Source of the DNA: Candidatus Omnitrophota bacterium
GTDB taxonomy: Bacteria; Omnitrophota; Gorgyraeia; Gygaellales; Profunditerraquicolaceae
DNA length: 64,000 nucleotides
NCBI GenBank assembly: GCA_028712175.1
Contig: JAQTQQ010000001.1
Coordinates: forward strand, 96,992 to 160,991
Direction: 5' to 3'
Shown here piece by piece: positions 36,716 to 45,821 of the stretch (its first letter is position 1; every line of letters starts with the position of its first letter). Under the pieces are notes generated by a model that saw only the letters and a program-made list of their open reading frames with translations, had not been told where the DNA came from and searched no databases. Both the position numbers and the translations under genes were made by a program.

Positions 36716-37622
36716 CGTAATAATCGTAACGATTGGAGCAAAAGACTATATTAAATCTTCCCTTGACTCCGTTTTTAAACAAACATCCCTTCCGCAGGAG
36801 GTTATTGTTATTGATAATTCCCTGAAACCGGAGTTAGGGTTGCAGATTAATAAATTATATCCTTTGGTTAAAGTGTATTCTGAGAAAGAAAATTTATTTT
36901 ATTCCCTTAGCTTGAACAAGGGGATAGATTCGACCCGCGGAGAATTTGTCCTCTGCCTTAACGATGATGTAGTTTTAGAGAGAGATTTCATTCAGGAAGC
37001 GCTAAAAGCTTTTCTTGTAAATAATAAGATAGGTTTGGTAGGCGGCAGGATGTTGCGCAGCAAAGGGGAAATTCTGGATTCAACCGGTTTATTTCTAACC
37101 CCTTGGCGTTCGGCAAAAGACAGAGGTTATGGCATGGCTTCATTAAATGTATTTGATGAGCCCGGTTTTATTTTTGGGGTAAATGGAGCGGCTGCTTTTT
37201 ATCGCAGGAAAATGCTGGAAGAGATTAAAGAAGGGGCAGATTATTTTGATTCCCGGTTCCGCATGTTTTATGAGGACATGGATATTTCCTGGCGGGCGAA
37301 TAAGAAAGGATGGCGTGCTTACTATTTTCCGTCTGCAGTAGCGCGCCATGTGCGCGGCGGATCATTCCGGCCCGATTGCGGTATAGATAAGGCTGTGGCA
37401 CGCAGGTACCTGGATGAACATCTGCACTATGAGTTAATCAAGAACAGGTATTTAACTATATTAAAAAATGAAACTTTTTCTGGTTTTATCCTGCATCTTC
37501 TGCCGGTTTTAATTTACGAACTGCATCTTTGGGCCTATATTTTATTTTTTCAGCCCAAGCTCATAAAGGTTGTTTTCGGTAATTTAAAGAAAATACTGAG
37601 TGAGCGTAAGAAAAGCTTTTGA
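36702..37622 (+). CDS. GT2 family glycosyltransferase
   Basis: 'VSVIIVT', 'VIDNS', 'NDDV', 'MFYEDMDISWR'. The start is placed at the internal Met (MFKVSV...). Confidence 0.7.
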   Translation: MFKVSVIIVTIGAKDYIKSSLDSVFKQTSLPQEVIVIDNSLKPELGLQINKLYPLVKVYSEKENLFYSLSLNKGIDSTRGEFVLCLNDDVVLERDFIQEALKAFLVNNKIGLVGGRMLRSKGEILDSTGLFLTPWRSAKDRGYGMASLNVFDEPGFIFGVNGAAAFYRRKMLEEIKEGADYFDSRFRMFYEDMDISWRANKKGWRAYYFPSAVARHVRGGSFRPDCGIDKAVARRYLDEHLHYELIKNRYLTILKNETFSGFILHLLPVLIYELHLWAYILFFQPKLIKVVFGNLKKILSERKKSF

Positions 37623-37662
37623 CAATTTTAAGTTATACTTTAAAATAGCAGTTGTAATTTAC

Positions 37663-37743
37663 GCGCGGGTGGTGAAATGGCAGACACGCAAGCATGAGGG
37701 GCTTGTGCCGAAAGGCTTGGGGGTTCAACTCCCCCCTCGCGCA
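37663..37743 (+). tRNA. tRNA-Leu (anticodon GAG)
   Basis: Acceptor stem GCGCGGG/CTCGCGC with discriminator A. Anticodon stem CAAGC/GCTTG with loop ATGAGGG, giving anticodon GAG. Long variable arm, and T-arm GGGGG-TTCAACT-CCCCC. Confidence 0.8.
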
Positions 37744-37752
37744 TAAAATATT

Positions 37753-38688
37753 TTAAGGTTTTTCCTGCCTTTTATCTTTGACGTAGTTACTCTTCTCCAT
37801 GCTTTTGGCAAGCTTCTTTAATTCTGCTCCGATCTCGCCAATTTGAGCGACATGTGTAATACTGCGCATCTCGTTGCTCACGACGCCTATGGATATTGAA
37901 AGAAGGGGGATTCTGTGAATTTTACTTTGGCGGTCGTATCCTACGATAAAACCGTTTTCCCTGTCTTCTTGGTTGTAGAATGATGGAGAGATTTTGTCAA
38001 AATCACGGATTATCTTTTCGCATATCTTATCTGTTGTCTCCGGGGTGGTGACGACAACAAAGTCGTCTCCTCCGATATGCCCAACGAAATCATTGCTTGA
38101 ACCGTATTCTTTTACAGCGCTAAGCAATATGCGGGCAGTTTCACGGATAACGTTATCCCCGCGTTCAAAACCGTATTTATCATTATAAGCCTTGAATTTA
38201 TCCAGGTCAGCATAGCAAACTGCATAAGGTTTTTTGCTTTCAACGCAATTTGAAAATTCGTTGAGTATTGCTACGTTTCCCGGCAACCGGGTAAGCGGGT
38301 TTGCTTCAAGGTCTCTTTGTGTGCGCCTTAATACCATGCGTATCCTCGCCAGGAGTTCTTTTGGTTCAAACGGCTTGACTACATAATCATCTGCGCCTGA
38401 GTCAATCCCGCTTATTTTATCGCTGACCTCTCCTTTTCCGGTAACCATAATTACGGGCAAATGCTGTAATAGTAAATCTTTTTTAACCAGATTGCACACC
38501 TGTCTGCCGTCCATCTTTGGCATTTTGTAGTCAAGGAGCGCAAGATCTAGCGCCTTAGATCGAATGATTTCCAGGGCTTCTTCTCCGTTAGAAGCTTCAA
38601 TCGTTTCATAGTTTTCTTCGGAGAGGGTAAGTTTGAGGATTTCTCTTATATCAGCATCATCATCAGCAATCAGTATTTTTATGCCCAT
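37753..38688 (-). CDS. response regulator: receiver domain + GGDEF-like domain (GGDDF variant)
   Basis: 'ILIADDDADIRE...LALLDYKMPKMDG' is the receiver domain. The C-terminal 'YADLDKFKAYNDKYGFERGDNVI...VGHIGGDDFVVV' is a GGDEF-type nucleotide cyclase core with D in place of the canonical E. Confidence 0.7.
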   Translation of the reverse strand: MGIKILIADDDADIREILKLTLSEENYETIEASNGEEALEIIRSKALDLALLDYKMPKMDGRQVCNLVKKDLLLQHLPVIMVTGKGEVSDKISGIDSGADDYVVKPFEPKELLARIRMVLRRTQRDLEANPLTRLPGNVAILNEFSNCVESKKPYAVCYADLDKFKAYNDKYGFERGDNVIRETARILLSAVKEYGSSNDFVGHIGGDDFVVVTTPETTDKICEKIIRDFDKISPSFYNQEDRENGFIVGYDRQSKIHRIPLLSISIGVVSNEMRSITHVAQIGEIGAELKKLAKSMEKSNYVKDKRQEKP

Positions 38689-38696
38689 AGTTTTAT

Positions 38697-40172
38697 TTAA
38701 GCAGCCTTAAGGGTAAAACTAAAAGTTGAGCCTTCGCCCAGCTTGCTCTTTACCCATATCCTTCCCCCGTGTGCTTCGATAATATGTTTAATCAGGGCAA
38801 GTCCAAGCCCGGTGCCTTTTACCTCCTGGTTAATTGTGTTATCTACGCGATAAAATTCTTCAAATAAATGTCCTTGCGCTTCTTCAGGGATCCCAAAACC
38901 GCTGTCTTTGACATCGATCTGGATTATTTTATTTAAACAGTTTGCATTTATATTAATTTTCCCGTTTTGAGGCGTAAATTTAAGTGCGTTACTGAGCAGA
39001 TTGATAAATACTCTTTCAATCTGGCTGCGGTCAGCCAGTATTTTCTGGCAGTTATCCGGTATATTATGCCCATAGCTTATATTTTTTGTTTTTAATTGCT
39101 CAAAGAGCAAGTCAAATATTTTATCGATAATAGCTTTTAAGTCCAGGCTTTCTAATTTCATATCTACTTTGCCGCTTTCGATGCGTGAAATATCCAGAAG
39201 GTCGTTTATCATATGAACGAGTTCATCGCTATGCCGGTTTATTTTTTCAAGTTTATTCCTTACGTCATCAGGCAGCGACCCAAGTTTCTCGCTAAGCAGT
39301 ATTGCGGCGTAACCTTTAATTGATGTAAGAGGGGTCCTTAATTCATGCGATACGCTTGAAATAAAATCGCTTTTACGTTTACTCATTTTTTTTACTTCTT
39401 CAAGCGCTCCGGTTAACTGGCGGGTTCTTTCTTCAACCTTCATTTCCAACTCCTGCTGTGATTTCCATGTTTTTTCAAAAAGCCGGGCATTGTCTAAGGT
39501 TTGAGCAATTTGATTAGAAAGGATACTGATGAATTCCTGGTCTCCCTTGGTTACCGGGGTTTCAATGTTTTGCGTGCCGACGAAAATAAAACCTTTATCC
39601 CCTTCCTGAGTCAATACCGGACAGATGATAAATGAATGCGTCTGAAAGAGCTGGTCAACTTTGTCTTTTGGCAGAAAGCTTTCCGGCAGGCTCGCGGAGG
39701 AGGCGGTCCGGCCGTTTTCAATTAAATCCAAGAAATAATCTTTCTTGGTGTTGATTTCGATCCTTATCTTTTCAGATGTGTCTTGGTTATACCCGACGCT
39801 TAAATACAGGCGGAATTCTCTTTCAAAGTTCTTCCACAAAAATGCCAGCGATTTTTCAAATCCCAGTTCCTCCAGGTATTTATAGTCTATTTTATTGAAT
39901 ATTTGTTTTTCTTCTAGGGTGGTGTTGATCTCTTGTGATAATTTTTGCAGGGCATCAAGCCCGGCGATTTTTTTATCCAGCTCTTCCTGGGTTTTGTTTA
40001 GCTCTATATCCGTGCGCATGATTAGTTTTGCCTGTTCATCCATTTCTTCAAGCGAAAAGTTTAATGCCGCTATTTTCCCGCCCAATTCTTTTAAACGCTG
40101 CATTTTATAAAATAAGGATAAAGCCAATACAATTATAATTGTGCAGGTGCCGAGAAATATAAAGGGAAACAT
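38697..40172 (-). CDS. sensor histidine kinase
   Basis: N-terminal TM, coiled coil, H-box 'VSHELRTPLTSIKGY', and HATPase 'GTGLGLALIKHIIEAHGGRIWV'. Confidence 0.8.
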   Translation of the reverse strand: MFPFIFLGTCTIIIVLALSLFYKMQRLKELGGKIAALNFSLEEMDEQAKLIMRTDIELNKTQEELDKKIAGLDALQKLSQEINTTLEEKQIFNKIDYKYLEELGFEKSLAFLWKNFEREFRLYLSVGYNQDTSEKIRIEINTKKDYFLDLIENGRTASSASLPESFLPKDKVDQLFQTHSFIICPVLTQEGDKGFIFVGTQNIETPVTKGDQEFISILSNQIAQTLDNARLFEKTWKSQQELEMKVEERTRQLTGALEEVKKMSKRKSDFISSVSHELRTPLTSIKGYAAILLSEKLGSLPDDVRNKLEKINRHSDELVHMINDLLDISRIESGKVDMKLESLDLKAIIDKIFDLLFEQLKTKNISYGHNIPDNCQKILADRSQIERVFINLLSNALKFTPQNGKININANCLNKIIQIDVKDSGFGIPEEAQGHLFEEFYRVDNTINQEVKGTGLGLALIKHIIEAHGGRIWVKSKLGEGSTFSFTLKAA

Positions 40173-41396
40173 TTATTGGTCTCCTATGGCTAAGATGTTA
40201 ATGCTTTGGTTGTGAAAATAGGTTTGGCCCAAGTAATTTATGGATGTAAGGGGGGCCTGTTCACCGTTAGTGTATATGCCTATTATCGGGGTATTCTCTC
40301 CAAAGGCATCTTTGATTACGGCAAGTTCCCTTTCATACTGCCTGCCCAGAAGAAAAAATCTTGCAGCTGAATTGAAAACCAAAACAAACTTTATTTTTTG
40401 ATTTCTCATGTTGCGTTTCGCTTCTTGGCAGGCGCTGATTGCTGCGGCTAACCGGGATTCTTCGGTACTGATCATCAATCTGATTTTGCTGCCCCGGGGA
40501 ACATCCCCTTGGGTAACAAGCGCCCCGTCGTCTTTTATGGAAACAATATTACGCAGCAGGTATTCTTTTTCCCCCTGCAGATAAATCCCTATAGGGTAAA
40601 ATATGGATATGCGCCGCAATTCTTTGGCTAATTCAAGTGTGCCTTTGGCAAAATAATCTTCATAAAGTTTCACCGCAGGTTCGCCATCGATCTCTTGAAT
40701 AACATTGCTATTGGATTCGGTAGCCAAGCGCATTTTGCCCAAAGGTTTCCACCCGTGTTTTGTTCCGAACCCGAAATTAAATTTCCCCCCAAAAAGTATT
40801 CCGCAACAAGAATCATTCAGCAGCTCATTGTTAAAATATTGAAAAGCCTTTTGGTTGACGAAATTATCTCCGCCGCTGGCTCCAATTAAAGGAAAGCTTT
40901 TCCCCAAGTCCTCCTGGATCCCGTTGATTAGATTAACTCCCTCGGTAATTAATCTATCTGAAAGAATTATGGTCAGGCTTCTGTGTACTTCTTTAAAACC
41001 ATACAGTAATTTTCTGCCCAGTTCTTTTCCGGACAAAAATGAATTCTCCCTGTTTATATCTTTAACCGCCGCGGTATTAAAAAAAGTTTGCTGGCTTAAA
41101 CTTAGCAAAAGCACGGAGATTCCGTATTTGAATATGCCGCCGCTGGTAATAATCCCCGAACTATTACAGCCGAGTACGGGGACTTCTCCCAGAAGATTAT
41201 TGGCAGTTTTTAGAACCAAAGAATGTGCAAATTCTGCGGAAGTGAATATCAGCGCGAGGCTGGCAGGTGCGCTTCTTAATCCGATTATAGCCTGGCCTAC
41301 TGCTTCATTAGCGGCTTGAACATGCTCTTTGATTTGGCTAAAACCAAAACTTACATTCATGTACGCCAGTATATAACGCAAATATACGAGGGTCAA
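40173..41396 (-). CDS. putative sensory protein (FIST-like), first gene of the FIST-HK-RR operon
   Basis: About 400 aa, soluble, with mixed alpha/beta character, immediately upstream of and coupled to the kinase. The FIST assignment is from memory of the architecture only and needs an HMM check. Confidence 0.35.
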   Translation of the reverse strand: MTLVYLRYILAYMNVSFGFSQIKEHVQAANEAVGQAIIGLRSAPASLALIFTSAEFAHSLVLKTANNLLGEVPVLGCNSSGIITSGGIFKYGISVLLLSLSQQTFFNTAAVKDINRENSFLSGKELGRKLLYGFKEVHRSLTIILSDRLITEGVNLINGIQEDLGKSFPLIGASGGDNFVNQKAFQYFNNELLNDSCCGILFGGKFNFGFGTKHGWKPLGKMRLATESNSNVIQEIDGEPAVKLYEDYFAKGTLELAKELRRISIFYPIGIYLQGEKEYLLRNIVSIKDDGALVTQGDVPRGSKIRLMISTEESRLAAAISACQEAKRNMRNQKIKFVLVFNSAARFFLLGRQYERELAVIKDAFGENTPIIGIYTNGEQAPLTSINYLGQTYFHNQSINILAIGDQ

Positions 41397-41448
41397 TAAT
41401 TTTATTGACTAAAAAGGCTTATATAGTAGAATAACATTCAAATCATCC

Positions 41449-41523
41449 GGCCCCATCGTCTAGCCTGGTCCAGGACGTCAGGTTCTCAGCCTGTAAACAC
41501 GAGTTCAAATCTCGTTGGGGCTA
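41449..41523 (+). tRNA. tRNA-Glu (anticodon CUC)
   Basis: D-arm 'TCGTCTAGCCTGGTCCAGGAC' is nearly identical to the bacterial tRNA-Glu D-arm. Anticodon loop is TTCTCAG, the T-arm is CGAG-TTCAAAT-CTCG, and the acceptor stem has a G1:U72 wobble. Confidence 0.65.
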
Positions 41524-41598
41524 TTAAGTCCTTCGGTTCCCCGCCACAAAACGTGGCGGGTCCGTCAAGAACTGTGGCGGAAAATCCGGTTGGGGCTA
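41513..41598 (+). repeat. 11-12 bp direct repeat of tRNA-Glu 3' end (GGTTGGGGCTA) bracketing an 8-bp GC hairpin CCCGCCAC-aaaac-GTGGCGGG
   Basis: 'cgttggggcta' occurs at 41513-41523 and 'ggttggggcta' at 41588-41598. A perfect hairpin lies between them at ~41537-41557. Confidence 0.45.
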
Positions 41599-41687
41599 CT
41601 GATTTTAGAGGGATATTAACTTGCAGCAGAAGTTAAGTTGACCGTCGTAACTTGATTAAGGGCGTACGGCTATAATTACCCGCTAAA

Positions 41688-43508
41688 ATGAAAATAAAAT
41701 TTAAGGATTGGTGCACATTTATAATCCTTGCCATACTCTGTTTTGGCCTTTGGTACAAGCTGGAGTATCCCCGTTTTGCTTTCGTAGACCTTTCCTTTAA
41801 TAAACAACAAGCATTATCAGAATCCGAAAATTACCTTAAGTCCAAAGGCGTGGATACAAATAAATACGCCCGGGCAGTTATTTTTGATTCAGATGAAAGA
41901 TTTAACCGGTATTTTCAGCATACCGCGGGGTTAAAGGCAGAAGAAGAATTTATTAAACAGCATGATTTTGATCTATTTCGTTGGATGGTTAGGTTTTTTA
42001 AAGAATCCCAGAAGGAGGAATATCTGGTTTACCTCAGCCCCCGGACGGGCAAGGTTATTAGGTTTATGCATTTGATTGAGGATGTTGAGCCCAGGGCCGA
42101 TTTAGGGAAGGAGGCCTCTAGACAGACAGCGGAATCGTTTTTAAGAGACAATTTCGGAGCTGATTTAAAGAATTATGATTTTCATGAAGAAAAAATCAAA
42201 CGCTATGAGAATAGGATAGAGTATGTTTTCTCTTGGGAGAAGAAAGGCGTGTATATCCCCTGGAAGGCGCATCAGGGAGGGGCAAAGCTGCTTACGGAAG
42301 TTACGGTTTCCGGACACAAGATCAGGGAATTTTACAAAAACAAATTTGATTTACCGGAGGGTTTCGTAAGGTATGTGGAAAAACAATTTGTCTTAGGAGC
42401 ATATCTCTACAGCATTTTTTACATTATCATTTTTATATTGTTAGCCTGGTCAGTTAATATTGTATTAAGAAGAAGGCAGGATATTGTTCCGCGCCTGACC
42501 AAAAAATGGTTTTATTATGCCGCTTGTTTTCTGCTGGTTATTAATACGGCAGATTTTATTAATAATTTACAGAATGTATTTATGGCTTATCCGACTAGCG
42601 CGCGATTAAGTTCTTTTATCGGCCTGGCATTTACCAGGTGGTTATTTAATACGGGGTTTTTGATAATCGGTTTTATCATGCCTGGTATTGCCGGAGAAAC
42701 TCTTTGCAGTGAGGTTTTTCCGGAAAAAAAATACAATACTTTTCTGTCTTATATCAAATCTAGTTTTTTTAACCGGACTTTAACCCGCTCTGTAATATTG
42801 GGTTACCTGATTTGGGTAATTATGCTGGGGCTGCAGGCAGTTGTATTTTACAACGGGCAAAAGTATTTAGGCGTCTGGCGGGAATGGTATACCATGACTT
42901 ATTTCTCTTCTTCTTATGTGCCTTTATTCAGCGCTTTTGTCATTGGCGCCAGCGCCAGCTTAAATGAAGAGATTAATTTTAGGCTCTTTGGGATCAGTTT
43001 AGCTAAAAAATATCTTAGGAATTCAATTTTAGCGGTTATATTGGCTTCGGTAGTCTGGGGGATGGGCCATACGATGTATGCAATATTCCCGGTATGGTTT
43101 CGCATAGTCGAAATTAGCTTAATCGGATTATTTTATGGATTCATATTTATACGTTTCGGGATCATACCTTTACTTGTCGCGCATTATTTGTTCGACGTAT
43201 TTTTGTGCAGCGCCGCTTATCTTTTAGGCAAAAGCAGCCTGTATTTATTCTATACTTCAGTGGGGTTATTGGCTATCCCCTTATTTTTAGCCATCCTCGC
43301 ATATTTTACCAACAAAAGCCAGATAGATAAACCGCTCCGCAATACCCTGGATGAGGTTCAAGTATATAACCTTGGCGTGCTGGTTACATTTGTATCGGCA
43401 AAAAGATCCCAAGGTTGTTCTATCGAATCTATAAAGAATGAGCTTATCAGGCATAACTGGGACCATCTGTTGGTTGGCCTGGCGATCAAAGAAGTTTTTA
43501 AAGAATAG
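41688..43508 (+). CDS. CPBP-family (CAAX/Abi) intramembrane metalloprotease with ~230-aa N-terminal extracytoplasmic domain
   Basis: CPBP motifs 'NEEINFRLFG' (EExxxR), 'WGMGHTMY' (FxxxH-like) and 'VAHYLFDVF' (HxxxD). It is polytopic, with a TM after residue ~10 and then a soluble domain. Confidence 0.6.
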   Translation: MKIKFKDWCTFIILAILCFGLWYKLEYPRFAFVDLSFNKQQALSESENYLKSKGVDTNKYARAVIFDSDERFNRYFQHTAGLKAEEEFIKQHDFDLFRWMVRFFKESQKEEYLVYLSPRTGKVIRFMHLIEDVEPRADLGKEASRQTAESFLRDNFGADLKNYDFHEEKIKRYENRIEYVFSWEKKGVYIPWKAHQGGAKLLTEVTVSGHKIREFYKNKFDLPEGFVRYVEKQFVLGAYLYSIFYIIIFILLAWSVNIVLRRRQDIVPRLTKKWFYYAACFLLVINTADFINNLQNVFMAYPTSARLSSFIGLAFTRWLFNTGFLIIGFIMPGIAGETLCSEVFPEKKYNTFLSYIKSSFFNRTLTRSVILGYLIWVIMLGLQAVVFYNGQKYLGVWREWYTMTYFSSSYVPLFSAFVIGASASLNEEINFRLFGISLAKKYLRNSILAVILASVVWGMGHTMYAIFPVWFRIVEISLIGLFYGFIFIRFGIIPLLVAHYLFDVFLCSAAYLLGKSSLYLFYTSVGLLAIPLFLAILAYFTNKSQIDKPLRNTLDEVQVYNLGVLVTFVSAKRSQGCSIESIKNELIRHNWDHLLVGLAIKEVFKE

Positions 43509-43534
43509 GCGCGCATATTTACCTTAAAATGGTA

Positions 43535-43564
43535 TTGACTCCCCAGCACAAGGATGCTATAAAT
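43535..43564 (+). promoter_or_regulatory. sigma70-like promoter (TTGACT-17-TATAAAT)
   Basis: -35 TTGACT at 43535-40, a 17-nt spacer, and -10 TATAAAT at 43558-64, upstream of the small membrane protein, PPIase and tad genes. Confidence 0.4.
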
Positions 43565-43674
43565 ATTAACAGCTTATGTTGTTGTCGCGCACAATGTTTA
43601 AAAAGCGGGTTAATAAAATTTTCCTTGCATTTTGGGTATCTTTATAATATTATAAAAAAAACAAGGAGGATAGG

Positions 43675-43917
43675 ATGCGAAAATATTTAAATTTCTTAAA
43701 AGGTTCCAGCTTAGTGATTAAGGTTGCTGCCTGGATTTCTTTATTTTTTGGCATTGTCGGCTCGGTCCCCTTATTGTTAGGTAGGGTCCCGAATAATCCG
43801 CGTTGGGCGGGGCTTGTCGTTCTGCTGTTTTATTCTTTTATGTTTTTCTTTTTCTTTCTGGTCGCCAAAATATCCGATATTTTAATTCAGATAATTAACG
43901 AAACGCATAAAGATTGA
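43675..43917 (+). CDS. small membrane protein (2 TM)
   Basis: 80 aa with RBS AAGGAGGA 6 nt upstream. Confidence 0.45.
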   Translation: MRKYLNFLKGSSLVIKVAAWISLFFGIVGSVPLLLGRVPNNPRWAGLVVLLFYSFMFFFFFLVAKISDILIQIINETHKD

Positions 43918-44858
43918 TTTTCCATGCAGCCAAGGAGGCAACAGTGAAGAGTAAATTAATTTTGCTTATTATTGCAAGTTTGTTTTTTGGCGGCATTTTA
44001 GGATGTGATAAATTCTTCCCTGTTGCCGGGAGCAAAAAGGTATCAGAGGCAAAACCCGCTGTTACAAACCTTCCTGCAAAAGGGGCCCTGATTGCCAAGG
44101 TCAACAATATTTCTATTGGCTTGGAGGACCTGAATGAAGATATAGCTATTTATAACGCCAACGTACCTGAAGAGCGGCCTGAACTAAAAATTGTTACTAA
44201 GGAGCAAAAGGTAAATTACCTGAAAAACGAAACTATCCGTCGGGCTCTGCTTTACCAGCATGCCCTGGATAAAGGTTTGGACCGTAATGATGAAGTTAAG
44301 CAGGCAATCGAAAAAAACAAACGGGACTTAATGGTTATACAGGATATCAAGGATATTACCAAAGGCATTACCGTGAGCTCTAAAGAGGTCGAAGATTATT
44401 ACAATACTTATAAAGAACAGCTTAAGGAGCCTGAAGAGAGGGAGATTTCCGAGATTGTCGTTGGCAGCGAGCAGGAGGCAAGGGATATATTAATTCAGCT
44501 TTTGCAGGGCGCGGATTTTGCTACTCTGGCCAGATCTAGCTCTAAAGTTTCCAGCGCTAAGGATGGGGGTAAGCTGGGTTTCATGCAGAAGGGTAAGAAA
44601 TCTGCGCAATTTGATGCCGCAGCTTTTTCTGAAACTTTAGATGTGGGAAAGATTAGCAGTGTATTTAAAACCCCCGACGGTTATAGCATAATTAAACTTG
44701 AATCTAAGCGTGGCGGTAAGCAAAAGCCGTTAAGCGAAATGTGGGATGACATTAATCGAGGGCTTGTTTTCTTAAAGCAGCAGCAGGCAGTTGAAGACCT
44801 GATTGGTAAGCTTTCCCGGGATGCTAAAATCGAGGTATTTGAAGGGGAGATAAAATAA
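43914..44858 (+). CDS. parvulin-type peptidyl-prolyl cis-trans isomerase (SurA/PrsA-like), lipoprotein
   Basis: Signal peptide plus 'GGILGC' lipobox, SurA-like N-terminal chaperone region, and PpiC domain 'DGGKLGFMQKGKKSAQFDAAAFS...GYSIIK'. Its stop overlaps the cpaB start. Confidence 0.7.
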   Translation: MIFHAAKEATVKSKLILLIIASLFFGGILGCDKFFPVAGSKKVSEAKPAVTNLPAKGALIAKVNNISIGLEDLNEDIAIYNANVPEERPELKIVTKEQKVNYLKNETIRRALLYQHALDKGLDRNDEVKQAIEKNKRDLMVIQDIKDITKGITVSSKEVEDYYNTYKEQLKEPEEREISEIVVGSEQEARDILIQLLQGADFATLARSSSKVSSAKDGGKLGFMQKGKKSAQFDAAAFSETLDVGKISSVFKTPDGYSIIKLESKRGGKQKPLSEMWDDINRGLVFLKQQQAVEDLIGKLSRDAKIEVFEGEIK

Positions 44859-45760
44859 TGGTTATCGACAAGCAGAAACTTATTTTAGGAGCAGGAATAT
44901 TTTTAGCTATAATGGCCGCTATAATGCTGCAAATGTTCATTAAACAGCAGCAGCAGCTTGCTAATGAGAAGGCCAGGGCGGCGATTGCTAATTTGCAGTC
45001 TAACCAGACAGCTGTCTTGGTAGCCAAACAAGATATACCGCAGGGCTTGCTTATTGAGCCGGAAATGTTTGAAACATCGATTGTCCCGAATAAATTTGTT
45101 CAACCGCAGGCAGTAACATCTTTAGATAGGATTGCCGGCATGATTACGGTTGCCCCTATTGCAAAAGGCGAGCAGATAAGCCTCTCAAAGCTTGTTAGCG
45201 ATCAAAGGGCAGCCGGCGGGAATCTTGCCGGAGTGACCCCTTCCGGCAAGCGGGCGATTACTATTATTGCAGATAGCATTGCTTCTTTGTCCGGGATGGT
45301 CAGGCCTGGGGATTATGTAGACGTGCTTGCCATTATTCAGGTCCCCGCGCAAAATCAGGACGGGAAATTAATCAATCAAACTGCGGTTGTGCCTTTGTTT
45401 CAGAATGTTTTAGTTTTGGCTGTAGGGCAAAATACCGGCGCCTTAGCCGGTGTGTCAGGCAGGTATTCAGAGCCTTCCCCTAGCAGCAATAACGAGAACA
45501 ATCTTATTACTTTAGCATTAGGTCCAAATGAATCAAATTTAATTGCTTTTGTCCAGGAACAGGGTAGAATGCGTTTGGTTATGCGTTCTCCGGCCGATGC
45601 CAAGGTTGAGCCGATGGCTCCGGTCAGTTGGGATAATCTATTCCAGTATATTATGCCGCAGAAGGACGATGTTGGGCCGGATGTTACGCCGGTAGATACA
45701 ACGGAATATGTAGAGGTTTTACGCGGATTAAATAAGGCAAAGGTTCCTTTATCAAAATAA
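44858..45760 (+). CDS. cpaB: Flp pilus assembly protein CpaB/RcpC (SAF domain)
   Basis: N-terminal TM, a SAF-like segment 'LVAKQDIPQGLLIEPEMFE', and a beta-rich C-terminus. Its position is immediately upstream of the secretin. Confidence 0.6.
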   Translation: MVIDKQKLILGAGIFLAIMAAIMLQMFIKQQQQLANEKARAAIANLQSNQTAVLVAKQDIPQGLLIEPEMFETSIVPNKFVQPQAVTSLDRIAGMITVAPIAKGEQISLSKLVSDQRAAGGNLAGVTPSGKRAITIIADSIASLSGMVRPGDYVDVLAIIQVPAQNQDGKLINQTAVVPLFQNVLVLAVGQNTGALAGVSGRYSEPSPSSNNENNLITLALGPNESNLIAFVQEQGRMRLVMRSPADAKVEPMAPVSWDNLFQYIMPQKDDVGPDVTPVDTTEYVEVLRGLNKAKVPLSK

Positions 45761-45821
45761 AACAGGCAAGAGTTGAGGCCGCGGGGGTTTAGCCTTCGAT
45801 TGCCAAAGCCTAAGGAGAAAA

